From an uncultured Gemmatimonadales bacterium (GTDB taxonomy: Bacteria; Gemmatimonadota; Gemmatimonadetes; Gemmatimonadales; Gemmatimonadaceae): 64,000 bases of DNA. Position 1 is the first letter of the stretch. Each line of letters starts with the position of its first letter. Made by a program: the position numbers and the translations under genes. The stretch lies in the NCBI GenBank assembly GCA_963793305.1, contig CAWBZV010000014.1, positions 1 through 64,000 on the forward strand, given 5' to 3'. The notes below the pieces were generated by a model. The model was not told the origin of the DNA, ran no database searches, and saw only the letters and a program-made list of their open reading frames with translations. This document shows positions 51,589-64,000 of the stretch, in pieces.

Positions 51589-53511
51589 GTGCTCGGCGCG
51601 GGCGTTGCCGCCCCGGTTGCGGCACAAAACCCTGAGGCTCCCGTTCGGACTCCAGCGGCGTCGCTCGTCTTCGCCGCCCGCGCATTCGATCGCGCCAATT
51701 CGCTGGACTCCGCGCGCTCGGCGTACGAGACCGCCGCGGCGCTCCTCCCAACAATCTCCGATTGGCTCTGGTTACGCGCGGCAGGCGTGACCGCCGATAC
51801 CGGCACGCGCTCGCGGGACTATGCCTCGGTCCACACCGACGTCGCGCGCTCGCGTATCCCGTGGACTGAAGCGCTGGCCCGCGAGCGTACGGGAGACTTC
51901 GCCGGCGCCGCCCGCGCATACGATTCCCTTGGCTCGCACGCCGAGGCGCTCCACGCGCGCGCCGCGTCGAGCGACACCTCGGGCCACTTTGCGCTCTGCA
52001 GCGACATCGAGCAGTTCGCCCTCGCGCACACCGGCGGCCCAGACGCGCGGTCGGCGCTCGACATCGGGGATCGCCTGTGCGCTCCGCTGCCGCTGGATAT
52101 CGAGCGCGTGGCGGCCATGAGCGCCGTCCCCGCGCGCGCCGTCCAGGCGTTCGTTCGCCTCGACTCCGCCGGCCCGCTGACGCCGACCGAGCGCTTCGCG
52201 TACGGCATGGCGCTCGAGCGGTTGCACCGCACCGCCGACGCCGTGAAGCAATTCACGCGTGTGACCACGCCCGCGGCGCTCGCGCACGCGGCCATGTATC
52301 AGCGGGGCCGAACACTCGTGGCAGGCGGAGACAAGACCGGCGCCAGAGCCGTCCTGCGGCGACTGGTGGCGGCGGCGCCCAAGGATACCTCGGCTGGGAA
52401 CGCGCTGGCGCTGTTGGCCGATCTCGCGACCGACGATGGGAACGACGCCGGCGCGCGCGCCGCGTACTTGGCGATTGCCGATCGATTCCCAACGTCCGCG
52501 ATGGCCAGCAGGGCACGGTTTCGGCTGGGACTGATCACGTTCGTCGCCGGCCGCTATCGTGCGGCCGCGCGCGTATGGGACGGCCTCGCCATCACCGCGC
52601 ACGCCGAGGACGCGATCGCCGCAAAGTATTGGGCGGCTCGCGCGTGGGCGGCGGGCGGCGACACCGGCGCGGCGCGCATTCGCTGGCGAGCCATCATTGC
52701 CGGCGAGCCGTTGTCGTACTACGCCGGCCTCAGCGGAGTTCGCCTCGATGGCCGCCCGCCGGTTCCCACGCTCGGCGCCGACACGACGCCCCCGGCGGTT
52801 GGCGCCGCGACCGACAGCGCGCTGGGCCGCGCGGCGCTGCTGAATCAACTGGGCATGGACGTCGAAGCCAAGTTCGAGACCGACCGCGTGGCGCGCGCGA
52901 CGTTGGGGACATACACGGATCTTCTCGCGACCGGCACAGCGCTGGCCCGCGCCGGCGATGCCTCACGCGGGATCGCGTTCGGGTGGCGCCTCCTCGCTCG
53001 GGGCGACAGCGCGCGCACCGACACGCGCGTCTATCGTCTGATCTTCCCGTTGCTCTACGGCGACAAGATCGCGGCAGATGCCAAGGCGGCCTCACTCGAT
53101 CCAGCGCTCGTGGCGGCGGTCATTCGGCAGGAGTCCAATTTCACGGCCAACGCCGCGTCTCCGGTCGGCGCTCGCGGCCTCATGCAAATCATGCCTGGCA
53201 TCGGCCGCGACCTCGCGCGGAGTCACAACATCGCCGGCCCGTGGGATCCGGCGGTCCTCGATCAGCCCAACGTCAATATCTCACTCGGGGTCAGTCACTT
53301 CGCGACCTTCTTGGAACAAGAGCACGGCGTAGTGGTGCGCGGGCTTGCTGCCTATAATGCGGGACCGTCGCGCGTGACGCTCTGGAGCGTCCGCAAGGGC
53401 ACGAACGACCCTGAAATCTTCGTCGAGCGCATCCCGTTCGCCGAGACTCGGGACTATGTGCGGGCGATCATGCGCGGGCGCGACCTCTACGCCGCGCTGT
53501 ATCACTTATAG
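51589..53511 (+). CDS. Soluble lytic transglycosylase (Slt70-like) with TPR region
   Basis: IRQES, GARGLMQ, AAYNAG, ETRDYV. Start may be CTG at 51559. Confidence 0.9.
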   Translation: MLGAGVAAPVAAQNPEAPVRTPAASLVFAARAFDRANSLDSARSAYETAAALLPTISDWLWLRAAGVTADTGTRSRDYASVHTDVARSRIPWTEALARERTGDFAGAARAYDSLGSHAEALHARAASSDTSGHFALCSDIEQFALAHTGGPDARSALDIGDRLCAPLPLDIERVAAMSAVPARAVQAFVRLDSAGPLTPTERFAYGMALERLHRTADAVKQFTRVTTPAALAHAAMYQRGRTLVAGGDKTGARAVLRRLVAAAPKDTSAGNALALLADLATDDGNDAGARAAYLAIADRFPTSAMASRARFRLGLITFVAGRYRAAARVWDGLAITAHAEDAIAAKYWAARAWAAGGDTGAARIRWRAIIAGEPLSYYAGLSGVRLDGRPPVPTLGADTTPPAVGAATDSALGRAALLNQLGMDVEAKFETDRVARATLGTYTDLLATGTALARAGDASRGIAFGWRLLARGDSARTDTRVYRLIFPLLYGDKIAADAKAASLDPALVAAVIRQESNFTANAASPVGARGLMQIMPGIGRDLARSHNIAGPWDPAVLDQPNVNISLGVSHFATFLEQEHGVVVRGLAAYNAGPSRVTLWSVRKGTNDPEIFVERIPFAETRDYVRAIMRGRDLYAALYHL

Positions 53512-55424
53512 CCGGCCGCCTGCATGGTGAAGAGCTCGGAGTAGAGCCCGGCTTTGGCGAGGAGCTCCTCGTGGGTGCCTTGCTCCACGAGATGGGCTTT
53601 GTGGAGCACGAGAATCCGATCGGCCATACGCACCGTCGAGAATCGGTGCGAGATCAGAATGGCCATCCGCCCCTGTGTCAGCTCGGAGAACCGCTCAAAG
53701 ACCTCGAACTCGGCTCTCGCGTCGAGGGCGGCCGTGGGCTCGTCCAGAATGAGCAGTTGCGCGTCTCGCAGATAGGCGCGGGCGAGAGCGACCTTCTGCC
53801 ACTCGCCGCCGGACAGGTCGACGCCGTCCTCGAAGCGGCGGCCGAGCATCTGGGCGTAGCCCTCGGGAAGACGCGGCAGCAGGGTGTCGGCGAGCGAGTC
53901 GTGGGCCGCGGACTGGATCGGCCCGGGCACCGATGGGGCCGAGCCGTTGGTCGCCGCGACGGCACGCGTGAGGTAGTCCTGGGTCTCATCGATCTTGCCG
54001 ACGCCAATGTTCTCATCGAACCGCATGTCGTACCGCACGAAATCCTGGAAGATGACGCCGATGGCGTGGCGCAGCTCGGTCAGGTCATATTCGCGGAGAT
54101 CGACGCCGTCGAGCAGCACGCGCCCTTCGGTCGGGTCATAGAGGCGGGCAATGAGCTTGGTCAGCGTGGTCTTGCCGGCGCCGTTCTCGCCGACGAGCGC
54201 GAGACGCTCGCCAGGGCGCAGGGCGAAGCTCACGTGACGAATGGCCCAGCGCTCGCTGCCCGGATACTGGAATCCGACGTTGTCGAACACGAAGCCCTCG
54301 CGCATCGGTCGTGGGACCGGCCGCGCGTTCGGGCGATTGACGATCGTCGGCTTGATCTCGAAGAACAAGAAGAGGTCGCGCAGATTGAGGATCTGCTGAT
54401 AGACCTCCGTCGCGCCCATCACCAAGCGCTGAATGATGTCCCGGGACTGCGAGAACAATGCGGCCAGGAATGTCATCGTGCCGATCGTCACGAAGCCACG
54501 GACCGTGTCGTACAGAATCAATCCGTAGGCCGAGTAGTACCCGGCCGTGCCGAGCAGGGACAGCGATGCGCTCACCGCCGCTCTCTTTTGCGAGAGTGAC
54601 CGGTTCTCTTCGTAGAACTGTTGGGCCAACACGCGATAGCGCTCGGTCAGCCACGGGGCGAGGCCGAACATCTGGACCTCTTTCGCGGTCCGGTCGCTCG
54701 CGCCAACGAAGCGCAGGTACTCCAACAAGCGCCGCTGGGGCGTCCAGCGGAAGAGCAGCGAGTACCCGAGGCCGGCAAAATGCGTCTCGCCTATGAAGCT
54801 CGGCAGCACGGTCACGGCGAGGACCAGCAGCAGCCACGGGTTGAACACGATCATGGCCGCGCTGAGCGTGATGAGCGTGACGACGTCCTGCGCCATCGCC
54901 AGCGCCTGGGAGAAGAGCCCGATCCGCCCCGTGGATTCGCGACGCGCGCGCTCCAGGAGGTCGTAGAACGTCGGGTCCTCGAACTGCGCGAGGTCGAGCG
55001 TCGCCGCGTGCTCCATGATCCGCACGCTCGTGCGGTTCGCGAAGAGATCGCCCATCATGCTTTCGACCAGGATCGAGCCCCGGGCGAGGAGGTCGCTGGT
55101 GATGGCAATCGCGATCGCCGAGAGGAAGAGGCGGATGAGCAGCGTCCAGTCGGCGCCATGCAGGCGTGAGGCGATGACGGTGTCGACGATCTGCCGCGCG
55201 ATGTAGAGCTCGAACAGCGGCGTGAGCGAGCGCGCGAGCCGCAGCACGATCATGAGGATCGACAGGACCGGGCCCGTGCTCCAGATCAGACGGACGAGCG
55301 CCGGGAAATAGCGGAAGGCGTCGACGCGGTCGCGCCATGTCGCGCTCGGCGTGTCTCCCGCGCCGTTCTTCGGTGGGGCGGAGCCGTAGACCGGTACTTC
55401 GGCTGTCGAATAACGAGGCGGCAT
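53502..55424 (-). CDS. ABC exporter, fused permease and ATPase
   Basis: GENGAGKT, LSGGEWQK, ILDEPT, ISHRFST. Confidence 0.93.
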   Translation of the reverse strand: MPPRYSTAEVPVYGSAPPKNGAGDTPSATWRDRVDAFRYFPALVRLIWSTGPVLSILMIVLRLARSLTPLFELYIARQIVDTVIASRLHGADWTLLIRLFLSAIAIAITSDLLARGSILVESMMGDLFANRTSVRIMEHAATLDLAQFEDPTFYDLLERARRESTGRIGLFSQALAMAQDVVTLITLSAAMIVFNPWLLLVLAVTVLPSFIGETHFAGLGYSLLFRWTPQRRLLEYLRFVGASDRTAKEVQMFGLAPWLTERYRVLAQQFYEENRSLSQKRAAVSASLSLLGTAGYYSAYGLILYDTVRGFVTIGTMTFLAALFSQSRDIIQRLVMGATEVYQQILNLRDLFLFFEIKPTIVNRPNARPVPRPMREGFVFDNVGFQYPGSERWAIRHVSFALRPGERLALVGENGAGKTTLTKLIARLYDPTEGRVLLDGVDLREYDLTELRHAIGVIFQDFVRYDMRFDENIGVGKIDETQDYLTRAVAATNGSAPSVPGPIQSAAHDSLADTLLPRLPEGYAQMLGRRFEDGVDLSGGEWQKVALARAYLRDAQLLILDEPTAALDARAEFEVFERFSELTQGRMAILISHRFSTVRMADRILVLHKAHLVEQGTHEELLAKAGLYSELFTMQAAGYK

Positions 55425-55479
55425 GCGAGGGGGTTATACTCCTTGATAAGGACACAAGTATCGTGCTCAGGAGGTTCGA

Positions 55480-55836
55480 ATGCGAATGGGTGGACTGGTG
55501 CTACTGGCAGGGCTGGGCATCACGTCGATTGCCCACGCACAGGACGCGTTGGCTGGCGCCAAAGCCGACCTGAGGAAGGTGGTCAGCCTCAACGAGGTCT
55601 ACCACGCGAAGAACAAGAAGTACGCGAGCAGTGTCGGCGACTTGACATCCTACAGGCCATCGGCCGGTGTAACCGTTACCTTGGGCCTTTCGACCGCGAA
55701 TGGGTGGGCGGCGAGCGCCACGGCCAGCGGTGCGGCTGGGAAGAGTTGTGTGATCTTTGTTGGTCAGATTGCGCTGCCAAAGACACAGGCGCAGGGGTTG
55801 ACCGGTCCGGAGGCTGTCCCCGTTTGCGACAAATAG
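55480..55836 (+). CDS. Secreted protein resembling a type IV pilin globular domain
   Basis: AGGAGG RBS, Sec signal AHA-Q, helix K.DL.....E.Y, GW.A.A, C-terminal Cys pair. Confidence 0.6.
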   Translation: MRMGGLVLLAGLGITSIAHAQDALAGAKADLRKVVSLNEVYHAKNKKYASSVGDLTSYRPSAGVTVTLGLSTANGWAASATASGAAGKSCVIFVGQIALPKTQAQGLTGPEAVPVCDK

Positions 55837-55947
55837 TCGTACGCCTGCCACAGTTCTACGGTTATCCCGTTGTGGCGACTGGCTGATTAAGAGGCACAGC
55901 CATTGCACGCGTCCCTTAGGTATCAACAACTGAACCGGGGAGACGTA

Positions 55948-57267
<1,320 letters not shown>

Positions 57268-57323
57268 CGTAACGCGACACGCTCGACTAGGGTCTCGCGC
57301 GACAATCGGCGAGCCCTTAGCGT

Positions 57324-59679
57324 ATGGACATGCGCGAGCTTCGGTATGTCCTTCGCCGGCTGCGGCAGCAGCCCGGCCTTCACGATCGCGGCCACGCTCA
57401 CGTTGGCCATCGCGATCGGCGCCACCGCCTCCGTCTTCGGCATCGTCGACGGGGTGCTGCTCAAGGCCTTCCCGTACCGGGATGCCGATCGGGTCTTGTG
57501 GATCGCCCGTAGCAATCCGGCGCGTGGCATGCCGATGTCTTCGTGTCGCCACCCAATTTCCTCGACTATCGAGCGCAGAATACGACGTTCACGGCGCTCG
57601 CCGCGTCGAGTTGGCGCAATAGGACCGTCACGGGGAAGGGACCACCCGAGCGTCTGCAAGGGCTCTCCGTCACGCCGTCGTATTTCCCGGTGCTCGGCCT
57701 GACACCGATTCTTGGACGCGGGCTCGCTCCGGATTCGGGTGGTCCCGCCGAGGTCGTGATCAGCTACGGGATACTGGCGCCGATCGGGCAGACCGTCGGG
57801 TCGAGCCTCACGCTTGCATGGGCGGGTCCGCACGTCATTGTCGGCGTTATGCCTCCCGGGTTGCCCGGCGACAATCAGATCTGGACGCGGCTCACCTTTA
57901 CCCCTGACCCCGGCCCAATCGGCGGCCCCAACGCCCTCTCGGTCTACGGACGGCTCAAGCCTGGCGTCACGCTGGCAAGGGCTCAGCGCGAATTCGAGAC
58001 AATCGCCTCGCGACTGGCGGCTGCGTATCCGGCAGAGGACGCTGGCTTCACCGTCGTGACCATTGCACTGCTCGATCGCTTGTACTCGGCGGCCGTGAGG
58101 CCCGCGTTGCTCATGCTGTTCGCGGCGGCGGGCAGCGTGCTGCTGATCGGCTCGGCCAATCTCGCGAACTTGTTCCTCGTCCGGCACCTGGCGCGCGAGC
58201 GCGAGCTGGCGGTGCGCACGGCACTGGGGGCGTCTCGCGGGCGACTGGTGCGCGACCTCGTGCTGGAGGCGCTCGCGCTCGGCGCGGCTGGCTGCGCCGT
58301 CGGTGTCGCTCTGGCGTTCGGCGGCGCGCGCGCGCTTCGCGCGCTGGCACCGCCGGATCTCCCGAGATTGGATCAGGTCGGCGTCGATGCACGGGTCGTC
58401 GCGTTTTGTGCGCTCATGACATTGGTGACCATGTTGCTGTTCGGCGTGCTGCCTGCGTGGCGCGCGTCGCGCGGCAATGTCGCCGAGGTCATGAAAGACG
58501 GCGGGCGCGGGACCGGGACGGCGCGCCACCATCGACTCCAGAACGCGCTGGTCGTCCTGCAAGTGGCGGTCGCACTCCTCCTCCTGACCGGCGCGGGATT
58601 GTTCGTCAAGAGCTTCGAGCGGTTCCGGCACCTCGATCTCGGCTTCCAGCCAGACGGCGTGCTGACGGCGCAACTGTCGCTGCCCCCTGATACCGGAAGG
58701 ATTGCCCCGTTCATCACGACCGCGGTCGATCGTCTGGCGGCCATACCCGGCGTCCGCTCGGCGAGTGTAAGCACGAATCTTCCAGGCGTCTATCAGTTCG
58801 GCCTCAGGTTCTCGATCGTGGGCGATCCGCCGCCCGATCGGGCACACATGCCGGTCGTCGCCGTACATGTGCGTCACTCCAGATTACTTCCGCACGATGG
58901 GCATCCCGATCGTGCGGGGACGGGGGATCTTACCGACCGATGAGCGACACTCGTCGGAGATCGCGGTCGTGGATCGCTTGTTCGCTCGGAAGTACTTCAC
59001 CGGGCGCGATCCGATCGGTCGGCGCCTGGTGTTGGGCCCCGACACGGTGCCGATCGTCGGCATTGTCGATTCGGTCAGGCTGCACGGACTCGCGAAAGAC
59101 GAGCCGCCGGCTGTCTACTTCCCGTATGTGCAGTGTGGGGAGCCGTTCGTATTCGCCGAGGTGCGCGCCGCGGGCGATCCGGGCGTACTGGCGGGCGCGA
59201 TGCGGCGCGCGATCTACTCGGTCGATCCGACCGTGGCCGTGTCCGACGTGCAAACAATGAACGTCGCGCGTCAACCAGTACCGTCGGCTCGACGCGGTTC
59301 TCGACGTTCCTGGCATCGCTCTTCGCCGTCGTAGCGCTCGTGCTCGGCGTTGTTGGGATCTATAGCGTACTCGCGTACGTCGTCGCCCAGCGTCGACGCG
59401 AGATCGGCATACGCCTCGCGCTCGGCGCGACGCACGGGCACGTCATCGCCACCGTCTTGCGCCACGCGCTCGCGCTCACCGGCATCGGCATCGCGACTCG
59501 GCTCGGCCGCCGCGTGGTGGGTGACGCGCGCGCTATCCGGGCTCTTCCTCGGGGTGAGTCCCCACGACCCCGCCGCGTTCCTCGGCGCGGCCGGACTGTT
59601 CACCGGTATCGCCCTGGTCGCGGCCAGCGTCCCGGCGTTCCGCACGACGCGCGTCAACCCGGCGGTCGTTCTTACGTAG
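57324..59679 (+). pseudogene. Duplicated MacB/FtsX-type (ADOP-like) ABC permease, split by several frameshifts
   Basis: TLAIAIGA, ANLANL..R...RE.AVR.ALGA.RG, LVVLQVA, GIY...Y.V.QR.REIGIR.ALGA spread over several frames. May be sequencing error. Confidence 0.8.
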
Positions 59680-61581
59680 GTGCCACGGCGCGTCCACGAT
59701 GATCACGCGTGGACCGCCGTGGATCCGGAGCAGCGACTTGAGTATGGTCGGCCGGTGGCCCGACAGGAGAATGTCGTACCACCGGCGTTTGACGACCTCC
59801 GGCACCACGACGGCGATATAGCGGTCGCGGTGCCGATGGGCCGCGGCGCGGACGTGCTGCAGGATCGGCGGCATGAACTCCCGAAACTCCGACTTGAGCG
59901 TCACGAGCTTGATCGGCTCGAGGCCGCACGTCTGACATGGGTCATGCACCAACTCGCCCCACGCGGCGCGCAGCGCCTCGACCCGGTCGACACCCGTGTC
60001 GCTGTCGTCGGTCTGGACCAAGACCGCTTCGACGTTGGGCGAGATCGTCACGGCGAAGCTCAACGCCTTGCGGCTCACCCAGTCGAGTCGGGTGATGGGC
60101 ACGATCACGACCGGCGGTTTCGCTTCGTGGATCGGCAACGGCCCCCAATCGGGTTGTTCTTCGCCGAGCTCGCGCGACACGCGCTCCTGCCGATAGCGGA
60201 TGCCGAGGAACATGAAGTAGAGCGTCGGGATCGCGACCGCGGTGATCCATGCACCTTCCGTGAACTTGCAGACGATCACGACGAGCAGCGTCACGGACGT
60301 CGCGACCGCGCCGATGCCGTTGATCACGAGCGATCGGCGAGCACCCGGTCCGCCGACGCGTCGCCAATGCGCCACCATCCCCCACTGTGAGGCGGTGAAC
60401 GCGAGGAGCGCGCCGACCGCGAAGAGCGGGATCAACGCGTCCGTAATCCCGCCGAAGATGATCAGCAGGAGACCCGCGAACACGGCGAGCACGACGACGC
60501 CGAGCGAGTATACGAGACGGCGGCCGAGGTGCGCGAATCCCAGCGGCAAATAGTGATCGAGCGCCAGGAGGCGCGAAAGTCTCGGAAAATCCGCGAAGCT
60601 CGTATTCGCCGATAGGCACAACACGCAGACCACGGAGACCATCGTCAGGAAGTAGAACCACCCACGCCCGACAACGGCGCCGGTCATCATCGACAGCACG
60701 CTGTCGTATCCGGTCGCGCCCGGCGCCGTGGCGGTGATCCCATAGGCGATGCAGACATAGGCGACGCCAGCCAACAGCACCACCAGGATGCCAATGATCG
60801 CCGTGAGCGACCGTTGCGCGTTCTTGATGGTGGGTTCGGTGAAGAGTGGGACGCCATTGCTGACGGCTTCCACGCCGGTCATGGCGGTGGTGCCGCTGGC
60901 GAACGCGCGCGACAACAGCCAGAGGCTGACGGCGGCCGTACTGGCGACCGGAGAGGGTGGGCGGACGCGTGGGATCGGGTGGCCATGCGCGAGCGCCACC
61001 TGCGCGATGCCGATGACGATGACGACGGCCAGCGTGCCGACGAAGAGATACGTCGGGAGCATGAAGACGAGACCCGCTTCGCGGATGCCGCGCAGGTTGA
61101 CGATCGTCAGGGCGACCAGGATCACGAGACACAGCGGCAGCGTGAACGGCAGCAGCCTCGGTACGGCCGACACGACCTGCCCGACGCCAGCGGCGATCGC
61201 GACCGCGACGTTCAGGATGTAGTCGAGCGACAGCGCCGCCGCGGCGAGCAGTCCCGCGTGAGGCCCCAGGTTTTCTTTGGCGACCGTATACGATCCGCCC
61301 CCGTTCGGATAGGCGGCGATCGTCTGGCGGTACGAGAAGAAGACCGCCAACAAGATGGCGATGATGATCGCGCTGATCGGCGCGAGGTAGCCGATGGCGG
61401 CGGCACCGAGCGGAAGGAGCACCGTCAGCAGCGCCTCGGGACCATAGGCGGCCGACGACAGCGCGTCGAGGCCCAGGACCGGGATCCCGGTCATGGCGCT
61501 GATCTTTTGTGCGTCTTGCTCGTCCGTTCGCAGCCGGCGGCCGAACAGCATCCCGGCGAGGTCTCTAGGGGGAGAGGACAC
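59533..61581 (-). CDS. APC-family permease, YdaO/KimA-like; true 3' end probably near 59670
   Basis: LDALSS.AY, YP.GGGSY, GVEAVSNGV, FPRL, LIPLFAVG, cytoplasmic C-terminal domain. Confidence 0.88.
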   Translation of the reverse strand: MSSPPRDLAGMLFGRRLRTDEQDAQKISAMTGIPVLGLDALSSAAYGPEALLTVLLPLGAAAIGYLAPISAIIIAILLAVFFSYRQTIAAYPNGGGSYTVAKENLGPHAGLLAAAALSLDYILNVAVAIAAGVGQVVSAVPRLLPFTLPLCLVILVALTIVNLRGIREAGLVFMLPTYLFVGTLAVVIVIGIAQVALAHGHPIPRVRPPSPVASTAAVSLWLLSRAFASGTTAMTGVEAVSNGVPLFTEPTIKNAQRSLTAIIGILVVLLAGVAYVCIAYGITATAPGATGYDSVLSMMTGAVVGRGWFYFLTMVSVVCVLCLSANTSFADFPRLSRLLALDHYLPLGFAHLGRRLVYSLGVVVLAVFAGLLLIIFGGITDALIPLFAVGALLAFTASQWGMVAHWRRVGGPGARRSLVINGIGAVATSVTLLVVIVCKFTEGAWITAVAIPTLYFMFLGIRYRQERVSRELGEEQPDWGPLPIHEAKPPVVIVPITRLDWVSRKALSFAVTISPNVEAVLVQTDDSDTGVDRVEALRAAWGELVHDPCQTCGLEPIKLVTLKSEFREFMPPILQHVRAAAHRHRDRYIAVVVPEVVKRRWYDILLSGHRPTILKSLLRIHGGPRVIIVDAPWHLRKNDRRVDARRAERRDAGRDQGDTGEQSGRAEERGGVVGTHPEEEPG

Positions 61582-61603
61582 GCCGTAAGCTTATGTTAAA
61601 ATC

Positions 61604-62654
61604 ATGAGGCGCTGTACTCCGCTGCTTCTGCTGTGCGTCGCCGCTTGTAACAACCCCGCGGGGCCGCCACCGAATCTCACGGTCGCCCAGGTCACCGACT
61701 TGGGAACGCTCCCGCAAGGCGCAAATGTCGTCGGCCGCGACGGCGGCTACAGCGCCGAGTTTCAGGGCCAGTCGGTATGGCTGTACAGCGACACGTTTCT
61801 TTCCAAGCCGAACGCGCTCGGCCGCACGCTGATCAGCGACTCGTGGGCATGGACCACGGATCTGCACTCGTTCCAGCAACTCGATGACACCACCGGCGAT
61901 CCGGCGATGTTCTTGCCGGAGACGCCGGCCGAGACGCAGTTCAATCAGGCGCATCTCAACACCGATGGCCAACGATGGGCGTTGTGGCTCGCGGCTATCG
62001 TGGCGGACACCGTCCGCGACCGCGCGCTCATTCTTTTACTCCGTCGTCCATGCGGCGCCGGGCAGCTTCAACTTCTATAGCACCGGCGTCTCGGTCGCGA
62101 TCTGGGCCGGGTTCGGTCACGCGCCCGTGCGGCCGGCCCGTCTCTTGTTCGACCAGAACGGAGCCGGGCTTCGGGGCCGCCGCGCTGATCGACAGCGGCT
62201 TCTTGTACGTGTACGGATGCGGGACATCGAGCTCGATAAGCCATGTCCGTTGGGACGTGTAGATCCCGCGAACGTGCTCGACCGAAGCGCGTGGACGTAC
62301 TGGGCCGGCAATGGCCGTTGGTCGCCCAATCTCAGCGACGCAGTCTCGGTGTTCAGCGGTGACGACATCGTGAACGTGTCGTGGAACGCGTACCTCGGCG
62401 AGTACGTCGCGATCTATAGCGAGCCCATTTCCGACGATGTCATGATTCGCACCGCACCGCGACCGGAAGGTCCGTGGTCAGGCGAGCGACGGATTTTCAC
62501 CGCCCGGGCCCCAGCTGGTGGCGGCTGGATCTACGACGCGCTCGCTCATCCCGAGTTCAACGCGGGTGGCGGGAAAACGATGTACGTCAGCTATTCACGC
62601 GCGACTGGGACGTTCGCCAGTGAGGTTCGGCTCGTCGCCATCGAGTTTCACTAG
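61604..62654 (+). CDS. Lipoprotein, DUF4185-like beta-propeller, frameshifted
   Basis: VAAC lipobox, GRDGG, W..SDT, LYVYG, RTA..PEGPW, Y....HP across frames. Confidence 0.7.
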
Positions 62655-64000
62655 GGCGAGTAGCGGACGATCAGATAGCCGCGGAGCTTGTACTTGTACG
62701 GGTCGTCGATCGAGTACCCGGCGCCGACGGTCGCGTCGATGCCGGGGACTCGGACGAAGCCCAATGGCGGGACCACGTACCGCAGCTCGGCTCCGTACAG
62801 GTGGTGCCAGGTGTGCAGCGCTTCGCCGGCGGCGGTGCCCTCGAAGTAGAGCGAGACGGGGATGACGCCTGCCGTCGCGAAGCGATAGTGCAGCAGATAT
62901 TGTCCACCGGCAATTCCCAGTGGCAATGCCGGGTCCGCGATGCGCTGGGTGAGAAGGGACGAGTCGGTGAGTGGCGGCTCGACTCCGCCGAGCACGAATT
63001 GCTCGTACGCGGGAGCGGCGTGGCTGACGAGGCCCCCTTCGAACGACCCGATTGCCGCCACATCGCGGGTGCCGATATGGGCGCTGATATCGGCAAGCAC
63101 ACGCGCCCAGTCGCCACCGTCGGTGCGGCCAGCGGCGGCGCGCAGCGCGCCGCCCCAGCCGAGAATCTGGTCGTCCGTCGTGGCGTCGGCTTTGGTGGAG
63201 GCCGAGGCAAACGCGAAGGTTCGCTGGGCGCCGCCCAGTCGTCCGGCCGAGACTCCAAGTCGGTATTCGTCCGTGTGCCAGCTACCCGCCGCGGGCAACG
63301 AGGCCGCGAATGCGAGGCCATGGTACTCGACGCCGTTGTCCCAGGTGCCGAAGACCTGGCCGTCGACTTCGACCGGCCAACCGCGCCATGCGGCCGACAA
63401 CGACACGCCGCGCCAGGTCTTTCGGTCGCCGAGTGCGCCCTGGAGCATCCAGGCGAGGCGGCCGACGGGATCGGTGCTCGCGAGGGCCAGGGTCGCGAAG
63501 CGCCCTTCGGTGGCTATCGCGCCGCCCGGCAGCACTCGATATCCACGGGGGGCGATGCCATACGCGTGTGGCCCATCGATCGGCTGTGCGGCCAGCGATT
63601 CGGGCACGATCGGCGCCGGCACGGCAACCGGGGCCAGCGTGTCCGGCAGTGATAGCGATCGCGCATCTTGTGCGACGGACAGGCGCGCGCGTTGGACGAC
63701 GCGACCCGTGGCGTGAGTCGTGAGGAAATAGACCCACGAGCCGGTGGCTGCTGGAGAGGAGACAACGCCAAGCCCGGCAGCAAGCGTCCGGGTCGTATTC
63801 GTGGCCAGGTCGATCAGCTCGAGGTGCTCGACGCCACCCGCTTCGGAGACGACGATCACCGAATGCCCGTCGGCGGTAAATACGGGATCGTAGCGATTGG
63901 CCCCGTCGTCGGGCCCGATACGTCTCAGCGCGCTGTCGATCAGGACGACCGACCAGTTGTGACCGTCGTGCATGGCGACCGCGGTGGGACCGCCGATGGG
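62651..64000 (-). CDS. C-terminal part of a TolB-like propeller + outer-membrane barrel protein
   Basis: P.F..DG..VI..S propeller blades followed by amphipathic strands; continues past the window end. Confidence 0.65.
   Translation of the reverse strand, partial: PIGGPTAVAMHDGHNWSVVLIDSALRRIGPDDGANRYDPVFTADGHSVIVVSEAGGVEHLELIDLATNTTRTLAAGLGVVSSPAATGSWVYFLTTHATGRVVQRARLSVAQDARSLSLPDTLAPVAVPAPIVPESLAAQPIDGPHAYGIAPRGYRVLPGGAIATEGRFATLALASTDPVGRLAWMLQGALGDRKTWRGVSLSAAWRGWPVEVDGQVFGTWDNGVEYHGLAFAASLPAAGSWHTDEYRLGVSAGRLGGAQRTFAFASASTKADATTDDQILGWGGALRAAAGRTDGGDWARVLADISAHIGTRDVAAIGSFEGGLVSHAAPAYEQFVLGGVEPPLTDSSLLTQRIADPALPLGIAGGQYLLHYRFATAGVIPVSLYFEGTAAGEALHTWHHLYGAELRYVVPPLGFVRVPGIDATVGAGYSIDDPYKYKLRGYLIVRYSP

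Noticed and set aside
53900..53990. Another repeat insertion in the ABC ATPase (extra segment after ENIGVG)
   Set aside because: No hairpins and no similarity to the GTAG repeat family.
61582..61603. c-di-AMP (ydaO) riboswitch ahead of the KimA-like permease
   Set aside because: Only 22 nt separate it from the divergent gene.

Overview
GC-rich, gene-dense bacterial chromosomal segment. The gene content (SusC/SusD pair, Ser/Thr kinase-TPR protein, ADOP-type permease, XoxF, LytS/LytTR pairs) suggests a Gemmatimonadota genome; this is inference. Scattered single-base frameshifts suggest a long-read or low-coverage assembly. About 58 coding regions include central carbon genes (xfp fragment, fbaB, tkt, icd, aceK, aceA), a lanthanide-type methanol dehydrogenase (xoxF), two LytS/LytTR systems, peptidases, DNA repair genes (mug, Fpg/Nei), infA and transporters. 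I found no rRNA, tRNA, CRISPR array or transposase. The strongest signals not in the ORF track are: (1) a 41-aa lipoprotein-signal, Cys-loop peptide gene tail-to-tail with a TPR-like protein, lying downstream of a dipeptidase-FabH-glutaminyl cyclase gene run (candidate peptide signalling system), plus a second paralogous TPR protein; (2) a GTAG...CTAC multi-hairpin repeat family present intergenically and apparently inserted in frame inside transketolase; (3) a 13-codon ORF with a 13-nt perfect complement to the 16S 3' end and its own terminator, divergent from infA; (4) a PHM-like copper monooxygenase candidate; (5) icd and aceK sharing one CATG start, within a general pattern of leaderless promoters.
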